Of a DNA stretch of 64,000 nucleotides, positions 58,801 to 64,000 are shown in pieces (the first letter of the stretch is position 1; the number at the start of each line of letters is the position of its first letter). The notes under the pieces were generated by a model. That model searched no databases. It had not been told where the DNA came from and worked only from the letters and a program-made list of their open reading frames with translations. Origin of the DNA: Craspedostauros australis (Eukaryota); assembly GCA_030167865.1 (NCBI GenBank), contig JALAGF010003564.1, forward strand, positions 1 to 64,000, in the 5' to 3' direction. The position numbers and the translations under genes were made by a program.

Positions 58801-61191
58801 ACTGTGAGAAAGCACATCATGTCACGTCACATCACGTCACATCACGCCATCTCTTCAAACGCGACCACGGGAGTCTGCTATTTGCAAATCTAGAGAGAGC
58901 GCGAGAGAGAAGTCGATCTCACCCGTATCAACTTCGGGACAAAAGTCGAGCACTTGGAAGTCCTATCATACCACGTATTGTATGGAGCTGCAAAACATGC
59001 ATCCTGAGAAAGGCAGAAATGAACTATCGGAGCTGAGGTTCATCACGACCCACAACGCGCCTTCCAAGAGAAATCGAATTTATGGAGATCATCGGTCGTT
59101 CAAATAAATCTGACCGGCTGTGATCTGCTCTCCTCTCCGCAACGAGGTGCCCCGCTCTGTTCTGCTTCCGTCGAAGTGGAAGAGGAACAAAAGTAGAGTC
59201 GACGCCCATCCGTTCTACAGGGATACGTGATAGTTGTCCTGAGTCTGCCTCTCTTTCTCTCCCTTGTACCTCTCACGGCGTTCGTGCGTTTACCAAATGC
59301 GATGTACCCAAAGAAACATGTTTCCTCCAACTCCGCACTTGTTCCTGTGCGCTTTCGTGATGTCATTCTGACCATGGGTGAAGTGTTTGGTGACCTGAGT
59401 CGCTCGTCCAGTGCGAGATTCCGATTCGTGTCAAGGAAAGGCTGTCTCACTCTGTGCCCTGCGCCTCACCAGATTCATTCGAGGTAGAGAGGATTCAGCT
59501 CCTCCATCCTCTCCCTAATCTGTGGGGTTGAGACATTTCGTCTTTCATCTCTTTCCTTCAGATCAGAACGTTTCGACAAAAGATGGACGCACTCGTACAA
59601 AACAGAGTGTGCCTGGGACGAGTTGGCCATGCGATAGTCGTGGACGCGGTCCATTCTCGAGAAGTGTTCGTCGATGCCGTACTCGCGCCGCTTCTTGGGC
59701 AGAGGAGCGGGAATGCTCCCACACAAAGAAGTCGTGCCCAAGGGAGGCCTCTTGCATCGGTTGGCGATCATCTTCACCGAGGAGCGCAGCATAGAGTAGA
59801 CTAGGACAGCTTTATCCTTCTATCTCTCGATCGAACGATGACCATTGAATCACATACCTCCCGTTCGTCGATGCATAGTGGACGTGTTCAGAGAAAGGAG
59901 AGAAGGAAGAGTCTTTGAATACTCCGGCAATGACAAGTGAACTTTTCTACCGCAGATGCGGACGCTGCCATTCTATTATCATACCGCGAACATGTACGTC
60001 TATTGTCACAAGGCCGAACGGACGAGCATAAGGGCGAGAGAAGGATCAGCGAGGAGTCCAACTGTCCCAAACTTGTAGAGTAGCTCGTAGAATACGAACA
60101 GGATCCGATCAACAACAAACCGATCAGCAATGTCCATGAATCTTACTCCAACGACCGATGTGCACGAGCACTATACCCACATCATACGCGACAACTTGCA
60201 ACGAATGAATCACACGAGCTTCTTTCTCATCGTGAACACTGGACACTGTCCCAGAGCAAACGCTGAACGTTGCCCGCTGGGCCGGACTTCTGCGTTTGTA
60301 GAAACGGAGGGGCGAAATCTGAGGAAACTAAATGCCACCGTCGCTATTTGCATGGAAACTACACAGACTTCTTTCCTTGGCCCAGTTGAGTCAGGCCAGT
60401 TGCAAAAGCTCTCCTCGTCTACACGCTGTCTGCTCTGCGTGCAACTCTGCTCTGCACGATGATTGCGCCCCATCCCGCCTCAAACTTGCCCTGTGGCCTT
60501 CAGCACGCTTGTACTTGTACTTGCACTTTCCTTTACGTTCGTAACCGCGGCAAAAGCTCTGCAATTCTTGTTCTGACACCTCACGTCTCATTGCACCTTC
60601 GGCTGCCAGAACCAAGACCAAAGCCAATTCATGCGGCGCACCATCTCGAAACCGTCATTCTTCGCTCCGCAAGCAGGAAACGCTCGTGATGAGATCTATC
60701 CTGTGTGAGTGATCGTCCACTTTGCATGCCAAATATCGCAGCATATTTGCGTCCAACACCAGCGACATCAAGCGAACTTCTGTCACAGAGCTCTCCCAGG
60801 TTCGTTGTCCGCTGCTCAGCGCTGCAATAGCTCGTAGAGTGCAGTCAATTACACTCGCCATGTTTGCGCTTTGTCCATCCTTGCTCTGCCTTCTACTCCG
60901 ATGATGCGGTTTCTGCTGCTCAGAACAGTGTCAGATGCTGCTTCGTGTTGTACGCTAACATGGCCGTAGAGTACGAATATCAGCAGGGCTAATCGTCTCG
61001 CTATTCGGTGACCTCCCGAGCAACTGCTCCAGCTCTGTCGGGTTTTGGCGTACCGCTTCTCGTGATTTGACGAGGCACCACCACCCAGAGCGCTGGTTGT
61101 GACGATGCCTCTGACGCCGCAGCAGACAGTTGCGCTCTTGATTGTGTTTGTGCTGTCCATCGGACCACCCTTGAGTTTGCCTCGACATCGA

Positions 61192-64000
61192 CTACGTCTG
61201 CGGGAAGGCTGACAAGATGGCGTTGGCAAGAGACGCAACATCCGCCGGCTCGATGGCGTGCACCATGTAACCTCGATTGCGCGGCGTTGCGCGCAATTGG
61301 AATCGCCAAAGCAAACCCCGTTGACGAAAGATGGGCCCCAACGTCTCCCCCAACCCGCTTGCTCTTGCCTCTTCTTCGTCGCTCAGTCTGACCCAGCCCG
61401 TCGCAGCGACGGCATTGTCCTTGTTGCTGTCGTCAACACGATTGCCGACACGGTCGATGCCATCCTTGCTACATTCATCGCCGTTGTCGTCAATGTTATG
61501 ACCATCACCATCAAAACCATCGCCGCCACCAGCAGCAGCATCACCGTGCGTGCATCTTGAGCGCAGCTGGTTGGACTGTTGCCACTTCTTCTGATGCTGC
61601 AAGCAATGGGATTGCATGACTTTCAGCAGCTTCACCGGCAACCTCCACCGGTCGATGATCCCGTTCGGACCGCATTCCACCTCCACTTGAACCTGCGATG
61701 ATGAAGCATCAGAGTCGAAACGGAGACTCGACACGTAACCGATTGCCGTGGTCTGGTTGACGCAAGCACGTGCGCCGATCTTGGCTTCCAGCAGGCACGT
61801 TGCTCGCCGCATGGATGCCTGGCCGGCTTCAGATGCTGCCCATGTCCGCAGCATCTGCAGACGCGTGCTGCATTCGGAAGCCTTGGAGAAGCTGGATTTG
61901 ATGCTGTACGATGCGCATGCGCAGTTTTCATCATCGTCGCATGCTGACAGATCCAGATCATTGAACGCGACCGCGTCACCCACTGCAACTCGCAACGCCG
62001 CGCCATCTGTCCTGATGCGGAGAATCAGCATGGACTCATCTGTGATGTACATCGTATCCTGCGTCATTGTGAAGATGACACCGATCGTGTCGACGCACTG
62101 CGGATGCCGTCTGGCGAAGTTCCGTTGGTTGCATCGAATCGCCCAACGTCTGCACTGGACGTGAACGCGAAGCAGACTTTGGTGAGGGCAACCGTCCTGA
62201 ACATCACCATCGTCATTTCGTTGCAGATGTTGCAGAAACGATTGCTGGTGACACCAATCACGGAGACCGGATGATCGATCAGACGAAGCTCCAAAAGTCG
62301 ACTTTGACATCGACTTGGGCTTCGATGAGACCATCTCCATTCGGGTCCTGCTGTTGGCCGTGAGCTGAATCTTCCCATCGTACTTTGTATCTCGAACTGA
62401 CAGACCAAGCGCGAGGATGCAATGACCATCTTTCATCCGCTCCATGTGCTCCTCGGATGGCTTCCATATGGTCAGCAGCGCTCGACCATCTGCCTTGACA
62501 TCCGTGGTTCCGCAGCCGTGGCTCGTCACTAACACGCGCATGAAGGGGGTGCTGCTGCGTTCCAAGCTCGTGTCCACCTCAAGCTCAGCCTCCACCTCCT
62601 TCTTGATGCGATCTTGCAGGATGCCGCCGCGCTTGTCCTTCCATCGATCGACTTCGTGTCGATCCTCATCGGACAGGCCGCTGTAGAAATCTTCGGGACA
62701 CATGCTGCTGGTGAGCTTGTGCCACACCTCGGGCGCCATCTCATCGACGTCTGCCTCCACCTCTTGTTCGATCTGATCCGATATCTTCTCCATCGCACGT
62801 TGTCTCCGCTTTTCAAACTCCTGCTGACGTGATTCCTCCATCGCCTCGGTCAGGATCATGGGCGCAGACGCGCTGCCCTCCACCTTCTCGAGGTATTGAC
62901 GCGGGTACACTTTGACGACGCGCAGCGTGATTGCTGGGATGTTGCCACCGCCCATGATAATGTCGTTGATCCGCTTGATGCAGAGCTTTCCTTTCGTGGA
63001 GCGGTATTGGCGCTGAGAAATGCGAACGAAGCCGAGCTTTGCATCCCACCTGGCCAATCGGGTCGAGTTGGCGCAGATCATGAGCCCGATGGTACACTTG
63101 GGACTGGACGAATCGTAGCCTTCGTCCAGCGGGTCGATGCCGTCGTCACTGCCAGCCAACACGGCCGATGAGACCAGCAGCTTCGTTCCCACCTGAATGC
63201 GACCATCACGGACGTACGTGTTGAGCTTGGTGTCCAACGACGCCTGCACACCGTACCAACCATCACTTAGCTCCAACTTGTACTTCATCCTGTCACCTGC
63301 CTTGCCATCCATGCCACGAGCTGCAGCAGATGGAGCGAAATCCTTGGCGCCTCCTGCCTGTTTGTCGCTGGTGAGCGAGGATGAGCCCACCGCTGGTGAT
63401 ATCGCTGGCGATGAAAACACCTGGCTCACGCACAGGATCATCATGCGACTGGCAGCAGCATCGCAGTTCAAGACCTTGCGTAGCGCGGACCGCTTGCCAT
63501 CTCTGACCTCCTTGCGATATCTCTTCGCGAGTTGCTGAACCAGCGTGTCGTACGTGAAGTACCGACCAGCCAGGTGCCTGGAGAATTGGCGCTCCGTCGA
63601 TGACAGCTTCCACACCACCCACCGTTTGTGCGTGAGTATCCACTTATCCGTCATGAGCTTGGACGTGCAGCCCATCCCATGCAGCCGGTGTCGGATATCA
63701 GCGAATGTTCCGATGCGCGAGGCAGCGCCGTCGGCTGTGTCGTCCGCATTCGCGTTCTTGTCCACCGATGCATCGCCGGCATCCGGATCTTCAATGCAGG
63801 ATGGCAAACCGCTGGTCTTGTCAAACAGCACGTGCATGGCATTCGTGCTGTTGACTGACAGCGTCACGTTTTGGACACCATGAAGTGACCGTTCTGAGTT
63901 TGTGGATGTCATGATGCCATACTTCATGTCACGCTTCAGTTGGGGCATCGTGCCGAAGGCCTGGTTGCCCTTGTGGGTGAATGATCCGATGATTTTGCCA
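61192..64000 (-). CDS. BRCA2: BRCA2 homologue, C-terminal DNA-binding region (helical, OB1, OB2/tower, further OB folds); 5' part lies outside the window
   Basis: WILTHKRWVVWKLSSTER.F, QLAKRYRKEVRDGKRSALRKVLNCDAAASRMMILCVS, LELSDGWYGVQA.LD, G.IQVGTKL, ANSTRLARWDAKLGF, GGNIP.....V.KVYP.QYLE, LLTIWKP. The frame stays open to the window edge. Confidence 0.95.
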   Translation of the reverse strand, partial: GKIIGSFTHKGNQAFGTMPQLKRDMKYGIMTSTNSERSLHGVQNVTLSVNSTNAMHVLFDKTSGLPSCIEDPDAGDASVDKNANADDTADGAASRIGTFADIRHRLHGMGCTSKLMTDKWILTHKRWVVWKLSSTERQFSRHLAGRYFTYDTLVQQLAKRYRKEVRDGKRSALRKVLNCDAAASRMMILCVSQVFSSPAISPAVGSSSLTSDKQAGGAKDFAPSAAARGMDGKAGDRMKYKLELSDGWYGVQASLDTKLNTYVRDGRIQVGTKLLVSSAVLAGSDDGIDPLDEGYDSSSPKCTIGLMICANSTRLARWDAKLGFVRISQRQYRSTKGKLCIKRINDIIMGGGNIPAITLRVVKVYPRQYLEKVEGSASAPMILTEAMEESRQQEFEKRRQRAMEKISDQIEQEVEADVDEMAPEVWHKLTSSMCPEDFYSGLSDEDRHEVDRWKDKRGGILQDRIKKEVEAELEVDTSLERSSTPFMRVLVTSHGCGTTDVKADGRALLTIWKPSEEHMERMKDGHCILALGLSVRDTKYDGKIQLTANSRTRMEMVSSKPKSMSKSTFGASSDRSSGLRDWCHQQSFLQHLQRNDDGDVQDGCPHQSLLRVHVQCRRWAIRCNQRNFARRHPQCVDTIGVIFTMTQDTMYITDESMLILRIRTDGAALRVAVGDAVAFNDLDLSACDDDENCACASYSIKSSFSKASECSTRLQMLRTWAASEAGQASMRRATCLLEAKIGARACVNQTTAIGYVSSLRFDSDASSSQVQVEVECGPNGIIDRWRLPVKLLKVMQSHCLQHQKKWQQSNQLRSRCTHGDAAAGGGDGFDGDGHNIDDNGDECSKDGIDRVGNRVDDSNKDNAVAATGWVRLSDEEEARASGLGETLGPIFRQRGLLWRFQLRATPRNRGYMVHAIEPADVASLANAILSAFPQT

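Noticed and set aside
53229-61191. Transposable element in the long intergenic tract
   Set aside because: I saw no terminal repeats and no transposase, reverse transcriptase or integrase motifs; a decayed element cannot be excluded without a repeat library.

Overview
Eukaryotic nuclear DNA, almost certainly from a diatom. The evidence is bipartite ASAFAP-type plastid presequences, diatom-type DUF6824 and LRR families, short GT-AG introns and CAA-rich 5' regions; the species cannot be named from sequence alone. I can support 23 protein-coding genes, in order: HSL-family esterase, plastid HemD, a large mucin-like type I membrane protein, a membrane-anchored LRR protein, a tandem-PDZ protein, an unknown plastid protein, plastid PabA-PabB fusion, RPS28, an ankyrin-like/LRR-like protein, an SDR, two tandem DUF6824 genes, a plastid GST, a TPR-like protein, an A20 zinc-finger protein, Rheb, Hop2, a probable thylakoid-lumen protein, a Nup53/Nup35-like nucleoporin, RNA Pol III subunit C11, an O-fucosyltransferase-family gene, a third DUF6824 gene and the 3' part of BRCA2. 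I found no rRNA, tRNA, CRISPR array or recognisable transposon, and no clear-cut new multi-gene system. The best leads are: (1) the Pol III C11 gene starts only 20 nt after the stop codon of the co-oriented O-fucosyltransferase (bicistronic mRNA, internal promoter or splicing); (2) a Rheb with non-canonical G3/G4 boxes and a CWIL tail; (3) an RPS28 gene with an ATG-only first coding exon and a 598-nt intron that may host an RNA; (4) three DUF6824 genes flanked by the largest non-coding tracts; (5) a Hop2 with a ~415-aa disordered N-terminal extension. All family calls come from motif recognition by eye, not database searches; exon boundaries are inferred from GT/AG sites plus reading-frame continuity.
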